A stretch of 64,000 nt of DNA from Candidatus Latescibacterota bacterium (GTDB lineage: Bacteria; Latescibacterota; UBA2968), in NCBI GenBank assembly GCA_965207885.1, contig OZ242311.1, positions 416,001-480,000 on the forward strand. Direction: 5' to 3'. Within the stretch, counting starts at the first letter, position 1. Each line of letters starts with the position of its first letter. The notes beneath the pieces were generated by a model that saw only the letters and a list, made by a program, of their open reading frames with translations, ran no database searches and was not told the DNA's origin. The translations under genes and the position numbers were made by a program. Below, one piece after another: positions 10,298 through 18,383 of the stretch.

Positions 10298-10472
10298 AAA
10301 GCGCGTCCATTGAGAAATGGGCGCGTTTTGTTTTACAGACTTTAACAGAGTCTTACAATTTTCGTACAGAACATGGGGAACGGGAAAGTCAATGTGTGAA
10401 TCTAATAAATGTCAGAAGGGAGGTTTTTTAAACTGTCTTTGGGAGGGAGAAGGAGAGACCATGAAGAGGGTT
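10298..10472 (+). repeat. Copy 2 of the duplicated terminator + leader module, running into the TonB receptor start
   Basis: Hairpin gcgcgtccat/atgggcgcgt plus T run; boxes tttaca/ttaaca/cttaca/cgtaca at 10332-10368. Confidence 0.85.
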
Positions 10473-12914
10473 ATGCAGTTGTTTTTGTGCGTTGTATGTG
10501 TTGCCATCAGTACACAGGCGTATGGTCAGGGTGCGGTGCGGGGTACGGTGCGCGATGCTTCCAATGGCGAGACTCTGCCGAATGCCAATGTTGTGATTGA
10601 CAGTTTGCGCATTGGTGTGGCGACAGATAAGGCCGGTTATTTTGTGATTGGGAATCTGTCGCCGGGTTCGCACAGGGTTTCGGCGAGTTATATCGGCTAT
10701 GCGAGCCGGTCTGTTCAGGTCGTGGTTATACAGGGCGAGACGGCGCGGATTGTGATTGAGTTGGAGCCTGCGGAATTGATGGGGGAGGAGATTGAGGCCA
10801 TAGGCGAGCGCGTGGCGCCGACTGAGGTGACGCCGGTGAGTGCGTTTGGCACGCGGGTGACGGAATTGGCGCGCATTCCAACGGTGGGGCAGCCCGATTT
10901 GATGCGCGGGATTCAATTGCTTCCGGGCGTGCAGGCCGCGAGTGAAAATTCCGCGGGTTTGTATGTGCGCGGGGGCACGCCGGGGCAAAATCTGATTCTG
11001 CTTGATGATGTGGTGGTCTATAATCCGAATCATTTGTTTGGTTTTTTTAGCACGTTTAATCCCGATGCGTTGAAGGACGTCACACTGATTAAGGGGACGT
11101 TTCCCGCGCGGTATGGCGACCGCCTGTCGAGTGTGCTGGATATTACAAATTTGGATGGCAACAGGAAGTCTTTTGATGCGCGGGCGTCCATGGATTTGAT
11201 CAGTGCGGGATTGACGGTTGGCGGACCAGTGGGCGATCGCGGTTCGTGGATGTTTTCGGGGCGGCGCACGTATCAAGAGGTTTTAAATTCTCCTCTTTTT
11301 GATCATATCGTGGATGAGATGTTCAGTACGCGCATTGGCACCATTGGCACGGCTCCGGTTACTGGCGGTGGGCCGGGGGGATTGAGGGGCGGTGGCTTTG
11401 GGGGACGACAAGGTGGGGGACGGTTTGGGCAGGCGCGGTTCAATTTTCAGCAGCAGACGAGCGATTTTGGGCAGGATTACGGGTTCTACGATACGAATTT
11501 CAAGCTCAATCTGGATGTGTCTGACAATGATCGGGTTTCGGTGAGTGGATATATGGGCAATGATGCGCTGAATCTGTCGCTGCCGTCTTTTCGGGAGCAA
11601 ACCCGCGATCAGCTCATGGATTGGGGCAATCGGATTGCGCGGTTTAAGTGGTTGCATATTTATACGGATAATTTGATTGGCAATGTGCAGGTTTCGGCGA
11701 GTCGATATCTGTCCAATTTTGATGTTGCGACCAATCAAAACGAGTCTGCCAATAGTGGGCAAACCGGGCAAGGTGGAGGTGGGCGGCGCGGTTTTGCATT
11801 GAATCGCAATAATGAGTTGAACGATTTGACGGCCAAGTTGACGTTTGATCTTTATTCGGGGCCTTTTCACACGACGCGCGTGGGTGCCCAGTTTACATCG
11901 TATGACGCTTTTTACAAGCAGGGCGTGGGAGATTCGACCCGGTCACAGATTAATACGTCGTCTTTTTATCAGACGGGTTTTCTCGAGCATACGATGCGTT
12001 GGGGACGTCTGGAGTTGACGCCTGGGCTGCGCGTGAGTCATTTCCAGAGTGGCAATTATACCCGATGGTCTCCGCGCGTGGCGGGGTTGTTTCAATTGGA
12101 TGACAGGATCGCGTTTAAGGGCGGTTGGGGCATTTATCACCAGTTTGTCAATTTGATTTCGATTGAGGCCAATACTTATACGACCGATATGTGGCTGCCG
12201 GTGGATGAGACTTTGACGCCTGGGAAAGCTGTTCACAATGCGTTTGGTCTTATGTTGACGCCGGGTGAAAGCTGGCAGGTGGATCTGGAGTTTTATCACA
12301 AGGAGATGGACGATCTGGTTGAGTTTCAGTCCCAGGTTCGTCTGAGCGATTCGACGCCGCTGTCTGATTTGTTCGCCACTGGTTCGGGAAGATCTTATGG
12401 TGGGGAGTTTTTGCTTCGGAAGACTGAGGGGCGTTTGAAGGGTTGGGTTGGCTATACGTTGAGTAAGACCGAGCATACTTTTGCCGCTTTGAACCAGGGC
12501 AATCCGTTTCCGCCAAAGTACGACCGGCGACACGATGTTTCTGTTGTGACGGATTATTATCTGGGCAGAGGCTGGAATTTGAATGCCAATTGGGTTTATG
12601 GCACGGGGCAGGCATATACGCTTCCGGAGGCGCGCTATGAGGTGCAGCAGCCAACGGGACAGTCCATTCCCTATGTCCATGTGTCGGAGAAGAATGCCTA
12701 TCGGTTGCCGGCCTATCACCGCATGGATCTGGGTATTACGCGCGATTTCAGGTGGGGTGGCGTTGGGGGGCAGATAGTGTTCAGTGTGTTCAATGTCTAT
12801 AACCGACGCAATGTGTGGTATCGCTCGTTTGATGCGACTGAGCCAGAGATTCAGGTGCAGGATGTGCTTCTTCAGCCGATTTTGCCGAGTGTTGGTTTTC
12901 GTTTTAATATGTGA
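10461..12914 (+). CDS. TonB-dependent receptor with N-terminal carboxypeptidase-regulatory-like domain
   Basis: GETLPNANV, plug LPGV...GLYVRGG..QNLILLD..VYNPNHLFGFFS, C-terminal YHRMDL...FNVYNRRN...GFRFNM. Confidence 0.93.
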   Translation: MKRVMQLFLCVVCVAISTQAYGQGAVRGTVRDASNGETLPNANVVIDSLRIGVATDKAGYFVIGNLSPGSHRVSASYIGYASRSVQVVVIQGETARIVIELEPAELMGEEIEAIGERVAPTEVTPVSAFGTRVTELARIPTVGQPDLMRGIQLLPGVQAASENSAGLYVRGGTPGQNLILLDDVVVYNPNHLFGFFSTFNPDALKDVTLIKGTFPARYGDRLSSVLDITNLDGNRKSFDARASMDLISAGLTVGGPVGDRGSWMFSGRRTYQEVLNSPLFDHIVDEMFSTRIGTIGTAPVTGGGPGGLRGGGFGGRQGGGRFGQARFNFQQQTSDFGQDYGFYDTNFKLNLDVSDNDRVSVSGYMGNDALNLSLPSFREQTRDQLMDWGNRIARFKWLHIYTDNLIGNVQVSASRYLSNFDVATNQNESANSGQTGQGGGGRRGFALNRNNELNDLTAKLTFDLYSGPFHTTRVGAQFTSYDAFYKQGVGDSTRSQINTSSFYQTGFLEHTMRWGRLELTPGLRVSHFQSGNYTRWSPRVAGLFQLDDRIAFKGGWGIYHQFVNLISIEANTYTTDMWLPVDETLTPGKAVHNAFGLMLTPGESWQVDLEFYHKEMDDLVEFQSQVRLSDSTPLSDLFATGSGRSYGGEFLLRKTEGRLKGWVGYTLSKTEHTFAALNQGNPFPPKYDRRHDVSVVTDYYLGRGWNLNANWVYGTGQAYTLPEARYEVQQPTGQSIPYVHVSEKNAYRLPAYHRMDLGITRDFRWGGVGGQIVFSVFNVYNRRNVWYRSFDATEPEIQVQDVLLQPILPSVGFRFNM

Positions 12915-12928
12915 GAGAGGAACCTGGG

Positions 12929-13759
12929 ATGAGAAAAATACAATGGATATTTTGTTTTGTTCTCGGTCTTGGTGCAGGGGGTTGTAGCACGGCGCCGACT
13001 GAGTCGTTGGGGGAGTTTCGAGAGACGGTTTATGTCGAGGGTTATTTGCGGGCGGGGAGTCCTGTGTCCGATTTGTTTGTGGGTACGACGATGCCGCTTT
13101 CCAGTGTGTATGATCGCGATGCGAGTGCGCTGTCCGATGCGCTGGTGACGATTGAGGTGGATGGGGTGTCGTACGAGTTGTCACCTGTGGTGGATAAGCC
13201 GGGTTATTACGAGCAGCCGGATCTGATTGTTGAATCGGGTAAGACCTATTATTTGTCTGTTACGACGGGGTTGGGTACAGCGACGGCGCAGACGACGGTG
13301 CCGGTTGCGCCGCATGTTTCGGGTGCATCTTCGCTGTTGATTGGGAGTGATGCTTATCGGGTTACATGGGAGGGTGAGACAAAGGGTGGGTATGTTACGA
13401 CGCGCAAGTCTGTGGAACTGTTGGAGCAAATTCCGCTGGCGACTCAGTTTGGAAGATTTGGTGGGGGTTTTGGCGGCGGAGTAGATACTACGGGGTTGGG
13501 CGCATTGCGGGATAGTATTGCTCGGGCAGATCAATGGCGTTTTTTGCAGGGGCGCTCGCTGACCTTAAATTCAAGACAGTTTTCGTATTATGGTATATAC
13601 TCATTTCTGGTCTATGCGCTGGATGAGAATTACGGCGATTATTTGATTTCGAGCGCGCAAGATGAAGCGGCGTTGGATGAGCCGCAGTTTCATGTGAAGG
13701 GGGGTATTGGTTTGTTCGCTTCTATGGCCGCGGATTCTGTGGTTTTTCGAGTGGAGTGA
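12929..13759 (+). CDS. DUF4249-like lipoprotein, partner of the TBDR
   Basis: Lipobox GAGGC, VYVEGYL, GKTYYLSV, HVKGGIGLFAS. Confidence 0.75.
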   Translation: MRKIQWIFCFVLGLGAGGCSTAPTESLGEFRETVYVEGYLRAGSPVSDLFVGTTMPLSSVYDRDASALSDALVTIEVDGVSYELSPVVDKPGYYEQPDLIVESGKTYYLSVTTGLGTATAQTTVPVAPHVSGASSLLIGSDAYRVTWEGETKGGYVTTRKSVELLEQIPLATQFGRFGGGFGGGVDTTGLGALRDSIARADQWRFLQGRSLTLNSRQFSYYGIYSFLVYALDENYGDYLISSAQDEAALDEPQFHVKGGIGLFASMAADSVVFRVE

Positions 13760-13776
13760 TCCAGCTTCCCTCATGC

Positions 13777-13808
13777 AAAAGCCGCTCGTTTGAGCGGCTT
13801 TTTTTTTC
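13777..13808. terminator. Bidirectional terminator
   Basis: aaaagccgctc-gttt-gagcggctttttttt between convergent genes. Confidence 0.8.
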
Positions 13809-13817
13809 TGATGGCGT

Positions 13818-14729
13818 TTAAGCTGTCTCTTCAGTCGGGTCAGGTGTTTGGTTTGTGTTGTTCTCTGCAAGGGCAGTCAGTCCACCAATAGCCCCCAGGT
13901 TCATCGACTCCAGAGCAGAACTCGGTACGATTACCAGAGACCCTTTTTCTTTTAGTCCTTCGAAGAGCATGTTCATGCCGCGCAGTTGAAGGGCGACGGG
14001 GTTATTGTGATAGTTTTCGCTGGCCTGGGAGAATTTTTCTGAGATTTCGGTTTCGGCTGTGCCCAGGATGATCCGGGCCTGGCGCTCTCTTTCTGCCTGG
14101 GCTTGCTTGCTCATGGCGTCTGCAAGGTCGGGTGGTATAACGATGTCCTTGATGCCGACACTCTGACAGGTAATACCCCAGGAACTGGTCGTTTCGTCGA
14201 GGGCCTGTTGCAATGCTTCGGCGATCTTTTCTCGATTTTGCAGGAGATCTGCCAATTCGTGTTTGCCGATGATGTCGCGCAGGCCAGTCCGGGAGACGAG
14301 TGAGACGGCGTATTCGTATTCCTGAACTTCGAGGGCGGCTTTTTCAGCATCCCAAACGGTCCAATAGACGACGGCATCGACATTGACCGGGACAGTGTCT
14401 TTTGTCAGGGTAGAGTCAGCTCTAATATCAGTAACCCGGACTCGCTGGTCGATATATTTATCGACCCGGTCGATGATGGGAATGATGAGAAACCAACCCG
14501 GTCCTTTTAATCCAATAAATTTTCCCATACGCAAGACCACGGCTTTTTCCCACTGGTCAGAGATTTTCAATGTGGCGGCAATGAATAGCGTAGCAGCCAG
14601 TCCGATCAGGGCAATGGTTAAAGATATCAGGTCCGTATAGAACAGGATTGCGTTTGCCAGTGTGAGGATGAGGAAAATGAAGATCGAGACGAGATTGATA
14701 TGCTTGTTCAGAGGAATTTTATCGTTCAT
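13818..14729 (-). CDS. SPFH/band 7 stomatin-like (slipin) protein
   Basis: Two TM helices, QWEKAVVLRMG, TKDTVPVNVDAV, QAQAERERQARII. Confidence 0.92.
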   Translation of the reverse strand: MNDKIPLNKHINLVSIFIFLILTLANAILFYTDLISLTIALIGLAATLFIAATLKISDQWEKAVVLRMGKFIGLKGPGWFLIIPIIDRVDKYIDQRVRVTDIRADSTLTKDTVPVNVDAVVYWTVWDAEKAALEVQEYEYAVSLVSRTGLRDIIGKHELADLLQNREKIAEALQQALDETTSSWGITCQSVGIKDIVIPPDLADAMSKQAQAERERQARIILGTAETEISEKFSQASENYHNNPVALQLRGMNMLFEGLKEKGSLVIVPSSALESMNLGAIGGLTALAENNTNQTPDPTEETA

Positions 14730-15102
14730 GGTCTGCTCCTTGTCGTTGTTTCAGTTCTTTGATCAAGTCTGCAAGGTTGAATCCGTAGGCCGCGGCAATG
14801 CTCTGGAATTCATTGCATATACCAGTCAGCTTTTTTTCCTTTTCGTTGGCGGGAATCTCTACTTTTACTGGCGCGATAAATGTTCCTGAACCCTGCTGGG
14901 TTTCCAGAATGTTTTTGATTTCCAGTTCCCGATAGGCTTTGCTGATGGTGTTGAGGTTGACTTTGAGTTCTACGGCCAGCGCGCGAACAGTGGGTAATTG
15001 GTCTCCTACATTCAATTTGCCAGCCGCAATGCCATAACGAATCTGGTCAATGATCTGGCGATAGAAAGGGATACCACTTTTAGGGTCTAATTCAAAATTC
15101 AT
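14719..15102 (-). CDS. GntR family (YtrA-like) transcriptional regulator
   Basis: PFYRQII...GDQLPTVRALAVELKVNLNTISKAYRELE...QGSGTFI. Confidence 0.93.
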   Translation of the reverse strand: MNFELDPKSGIPFYRQIIDQIRYGIAAGKLNVGDQLPTVRALAVELKVNLNTISKAYRELEIKNILETQQGSGTFIAPVKVEIPANEKEKKLTGICNEFQSIAAAYGFNLADLIKELKQRQGADHER

Positions 15103-15149
15103 CTTGGGATTATACCTCACGTTTTAGAATACGCTTGTCATATCGTCTT

Positions 15150-15191
15150 ATTGTCATAGTGAAATATGACAATGTGACAAATAATTGTCAA
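15150..15191 (-). promoter_or_regulatory. Sigma70-like promoter of gntR-SPFH with an overlapping palindromic operator
   Basis: TTGACA-17nt-CATATT on the minus strand; perfect inverted repeat attgtcata-N6-tatgacaat at 15150-15173. Confidence 0.7.
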
Positions 15192-15235
15192 GGGGAATTT
15201 CTACTTTGAAGTATTTCGGATAGGATGATCCAGCG

Positions 15236-16558
15236 TCAGGCGTCTGTTTCCGATGGTGTTTCTTGACGCGCCATGCGGATGCCTTTTTGTTCGTCAACGG
15301 TGCGCAAGAGGAGGCCGCCGACGATGAAGAACAGGCCCACGGTTGCCATGCCGTAGCGCTGGGATCCAGAGGCTTGTGTGATGACGCCCATGAGGAGGGG
15401 GCCGAGAAATGCCGTGGCTTTTCCCGAGAAGGCGTAGAAGCCGTAAAATTCGGTTTCTTTGTTTTTGGGGACAAATCGTCCCATGAGGGACCGGCTGGCT
15501 GATTGGTTGGGACCGGCAAATAGGCCGACGAGGAGGCCCGCGATCCAGAACCAGATTTTTTCCTGGGGTACGACGGCGATGATCGCCGCGATGACGAATC
15601 CGACAAGGGTGATCTGGATGGTGAGTTTGCCGCCCAGGCGGTCGTCCAGGTACCCAAAACACCATGCGCCAATGCCGGCTGCGATGTTGACGATGATGCC
15701 GAAGAAGAGGACTTCTTCAAATGTGAATCCAAATGTGCCTGCCGCATAAATACCGCCAAAGGCAAAGACGGTGATGAGGCCGTCGTTATAGACGAGGCGC
15801 GCGAGCAGTAGTTTGAAGATTTCCCGGTAGCGCTGGAGTTCGCGGAAGGTTTGCAGGATGCGTCGGTAGGATGCAGCCAAACTCAGTTTGCCGCCAGTTT
15901 GTCGCGCAGGTGTTTGGGGTAAATAGAAGAGGGCTGGGATGCTGAAGATGGCAAACCAGATTGCAACGCCGATGTTTGTCGCCCGGATGTGTGCATGGGT
16001 TTCTTTGGTGAGGCCAAACCACGGGGTTTCTGCGGATACAAAGCCGACCATGAGGACGGCCATTGAGAGCAGGCCCCCGAAATATCCCACGCCCCAAGCT
16101 TGTCCCGATATGCGACCGATGCGTTCGGGCGGGGCAATGTCGGGCAAGAAGGCATTGTAAAATACGATGCCCATTTCAAAGCAGATACAGGCGATGATGT
16201 AGAGGGTTAATGCATAGGTAGCTTGCCCCTGTTGCGGGAAATAGAGCAGTGCGGTGAAGATGACGGCGAGGAATGTGAAGAATATTAAAAAGCGTTTGCG
16301 ATACCCGCCCTGATCAGATAGCGCGCCGAGGGGTGGCGATAGCAGTGCGACGACGAGCATGATGATGCCGACGCCGCGAGACCATAAAGCTGTGCCGATA
16401 ATTTCATTTTCAGCGATGACTTTGGTAAAGAACGCCGCGTAGATAAATGTGGTGACGTTGTTGGCAAAGGACGAGTTTGCAAAGTCATACATCATCCACG
16501 AGATGATGGTTTTTCGGTGGGTGGTTTTGGGCATGGGAGAAGTGATAAGAGAAGTCAC
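15236..16558 (-). CDS. MFS transporter (UMF1/Atg22-like); alternative ATG start at 16534
   Basis: WMMYDFANSSF, YNAFLPDIA, QSASRSLM...EFYGFYAFSGK; 12 TM pattern. Confidence 0.92.
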   Translation of the reverse strand: MTSLITSPMPKTTHRKTIISWMMYDFANSSFANNVTTFIYAAFFTKVIAENEIIGTALWSRGVGIIMLVVALLSPPLGALSDQGGYRKRFLIFFTFLAVIFTALLYFPQQGQATYALTLYIIACICFEMGIVFYNAFLPDIAPPERIGRISGQAWGVGYFGGLLSMAVLMVGFVSAETPWFGLTKETHAHIRATNIGVAIWFAIFSIPALFYLPQTPARQTGGKLSLAASYRRILQTFRELQRYREIFKLLLARLVYNDGLITVFAFGGIYAAGTFGFTFEEVLFFGIIVNIAAGIGAWCFGYLDDRLGGKLTIQITLVGFVIAAIIAVVPQEKIWFWIAGLLVGLFAGPNQSASRSLMGRFVPKNKETEFYGFYAFSGKATAFLGPLLMGVITQASGSQRYGMATVGLFFIVGGLLLRTVDEQKGIRMARQETPSETDA

Positions 16559-17670
16559 ATCGACTCTTTGATAAAGGATTTTAACTCAGGTGTAATGTTC
16601 AAGAACACGGTTTCTTGGATGGGTGTTTTGGATTGATAGGAGATTACGAATCTGTACTCTCTTTGGCTGGCAAACTGGGTTCTCTTCAAGAAGAAAATAG
16701 CAGAGTTCGCTTCGACCATAGAAAGCTTCTCGAACATGGGTTCCTTTGGCTCGTCACTGTAGATGACCGGCCCATGGAAGACTTGGATAACCCCTTTGAG
16801 TGGCGGTCTCGCAGACTTGAGTTTTTCTCTATAAAGGGAATCTAATTCTGGATATTCCCTGAAGAGGTTATCTGTTTTGAAGAAGTCCTCGTCTGAAACA
16901 TCAACGACTTGTCTTGCGAATTCGATTCCTAGATGTTTTGCGAATTTTGCAGGATTAAGGATGACCGAGGCAGCGTCATACCCTTGGGGCATTTCAGATC
17001 CTTGTAGGGCTGTACAGTAGATGAATGAGTCGCTCTGTACCTCGTATGTAGTCTCTATTTTTCCAAGGTGCAGGTCGGGAGGTTCTACGAAAGAGATTCC
17101 ATGCCTCGTGAAAAACTCATTGAAGAACTCGTTGAAGTATTCTACGAAATTTGGAAAGACTTTGATTGGTCCGTCATTTATGTTTCCTATAACTTCCATT
17201 TCCATTAAGCGAGGGTCGCATAGAGGTGTGGATAAATTGTTTATAGGAATGTTATGTCTCGTGTAGAACTCCTCAAGTGTTGATTTTACCTTGAAGGTTC
17301 CCTCCCAAGAGTCTCCTATTCCTTCGAGCTCTTGGAAGTTTTTTCGATAGTGGTGGAGAGTTCCTAGCTTAAGAGATCTTCCATTGTGTGGAGCATATTT
17401 ACTTTCTGAGTATTTTATCAGACTATTGGGCGGTTTATGTAGAGTTTTCCGGTTTAGAAACTGGGATGAGTAATCTAAGGGGGCGGCGACGACGAGCAGG
17501 TGACGATTAACCAAGACCAGAGCTTCTAATCTTTTTTGTCCTGGGTACAGTTTCTCCCTTACGAAATCCAGAGGTTCAGTGGGAAGTTCAAATACATCTG
17601 GAAGAAGTTCAAGTATCTCCATGACGTCGTACGTTTTTTGGGCTTGGGTCTGGGGATTTTTTTGATGCAT
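16555..17670 (-). CDS. Hypothetical protein (AT-rich orphan)
   Basis: 371-aa ORF with atypical composition; KRTQFASQREYRFVI near the C-terminus; internal repeat. Confidence 0.7.
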   Translation of the reverse strand: MHQKNPQTQAQKTYDVMEILELLPDVFELPTEPLDFVREKLYPGQKRLEALVLVNRHLLVVAAPLDYSSQFLNRKTLHKPPNSLIKYSESKYAPHNGRSLKLGTLHHYRKNFQELEGIGDSWEGTFKVKSTLEEFYTRHNIPINNLSTPLCDPRLMEMEVIGNINDGPIKVFPNFVEYFNEFFNEFFTRHGISFVEPPDLHLGKIETTYEVQSDSFIYCTALQGSEMPQGYDAASVILNPAKFAKHLGIEFARQVVDVSDEDFFKTDNLFREYPELDSLYREKLKSARPPLKGVIQVFHGPVIYSDEPKEPMFEKLSMVEANSAIFFLKRTQFASQREYRFVISYQSKTPIQETVFLNITPELKSFIKESM

Positions 17671-17692
17671 AATTTGAGAACCTGCTGAGGTG

Positions 17693-18061
17693 CTACTTGG
17701 TCGCTAAACTCTGGCTTTGCAAACCTGGTACGTTTTGAAGTTCGGCGTCATTTGTCACCAGAACGGCCTGATGACAAATAGCGGTGGCGGCAATAATTGC
17801 ATCCGGTAACTTGAGTCCCGATTCTCGTCGCAAGCGAATAGCTTCTTTCTTTATATCTTGGTCTATACCGTAAATAGCCAATTTGGCAAGTGTGTCACGG
17901 ATTAAGGTTTCTTCTGTTGAAGTTAATTTCGAAAAAGAAAGTAATTCTATTTCAGTAATTATTGAACATATAATTTCGCCACGAGGCAACAAGTCTGCCA
18001 GACGGTCATTGAAGCGCAGAATGAAAATGTTGGTATCTATCACAAAACGTTCAGAGTTCAT
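17693..18061 (-). CDS. vapC: PIN-domain toxin (VapC-like)
   Basis: IDTNI, ITEIELL, LKLPDAIIAATA, LVTND. Confidence 0.9.
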   Translation of the reverse strand: MNSERFVIDTNIFILRFNDRLADLLPRGEIICSIITEIELLSFSKLTSTEETLIRDTLAKLAIYGIDQDIKKEAIRLRRESGLKLPDAIIAATAICHQAVLVTNDAELQNVPGLQSQSLATK

Positions 18062-18303
18062 TTCTCCCAACCCCGATCCCATTCAGCCCGAAGCTTTCGC
18101 TGAAACGCCACCGGGTCATCAATGTCTCGAAACGCTTGAATTTTGCCATCAAGATCCGATAGGACATCTGCACCTTCTGTTTTTCTTTGTTCGTCTTCCT
18201 GCAGGTAAACGGCAACACGAGCCTTTCGACCAAATGCCTCGCGAAAGTCAGTAGGAAGTTTGCCGTCTTTGGCAATGACGATTTCTTTTTCAATCAATTT
18301 CAT
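18058..18303 (-). CDS. Putative antitoxin of the PIN toxin
   Basis: 81 aa; ATGA overlap with vapC; DPVAFQRKLRAEWD tail typical of VapC partners. Confidence 0.75.
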   Translation of the reverse strand: MKLIEKEIVIAKDGKLPTDFREAFGRKARVAVYLQEDEQRKTEGADVLSDLDGKIQAFRDIDDPVAFQRKLRAEWDRGWEK

Positions 18304-18324
18304 GGTCTTTGTCCTTTCCTCATG

Positions 18325-18377
18325 CAATAAATGTACTGAATCACGCGAAATCGCGCCACCCTGTACATCTATATAGG
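18325..18377 (-). promoter_or_regulatory. Copy A of the triplicated promoter-like motif GGTGGCRCNATYTCGCNTGATTCRSTACATT
   Basis: Matches 35064-35117 and 40172-40204; has a TACATT -10-like hexamer and lies just downstream of the hsdR stop. Confidence 0.7.
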
Positions 18378-18383
18378 CAGACT

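Noticed and set aside
18340-18362. Triplicated motif as a sigma54 promoter (TGGCRC...TCGC)
   Set aside because: Spacing is GG-N9-GC in all three copies, not the required N10.
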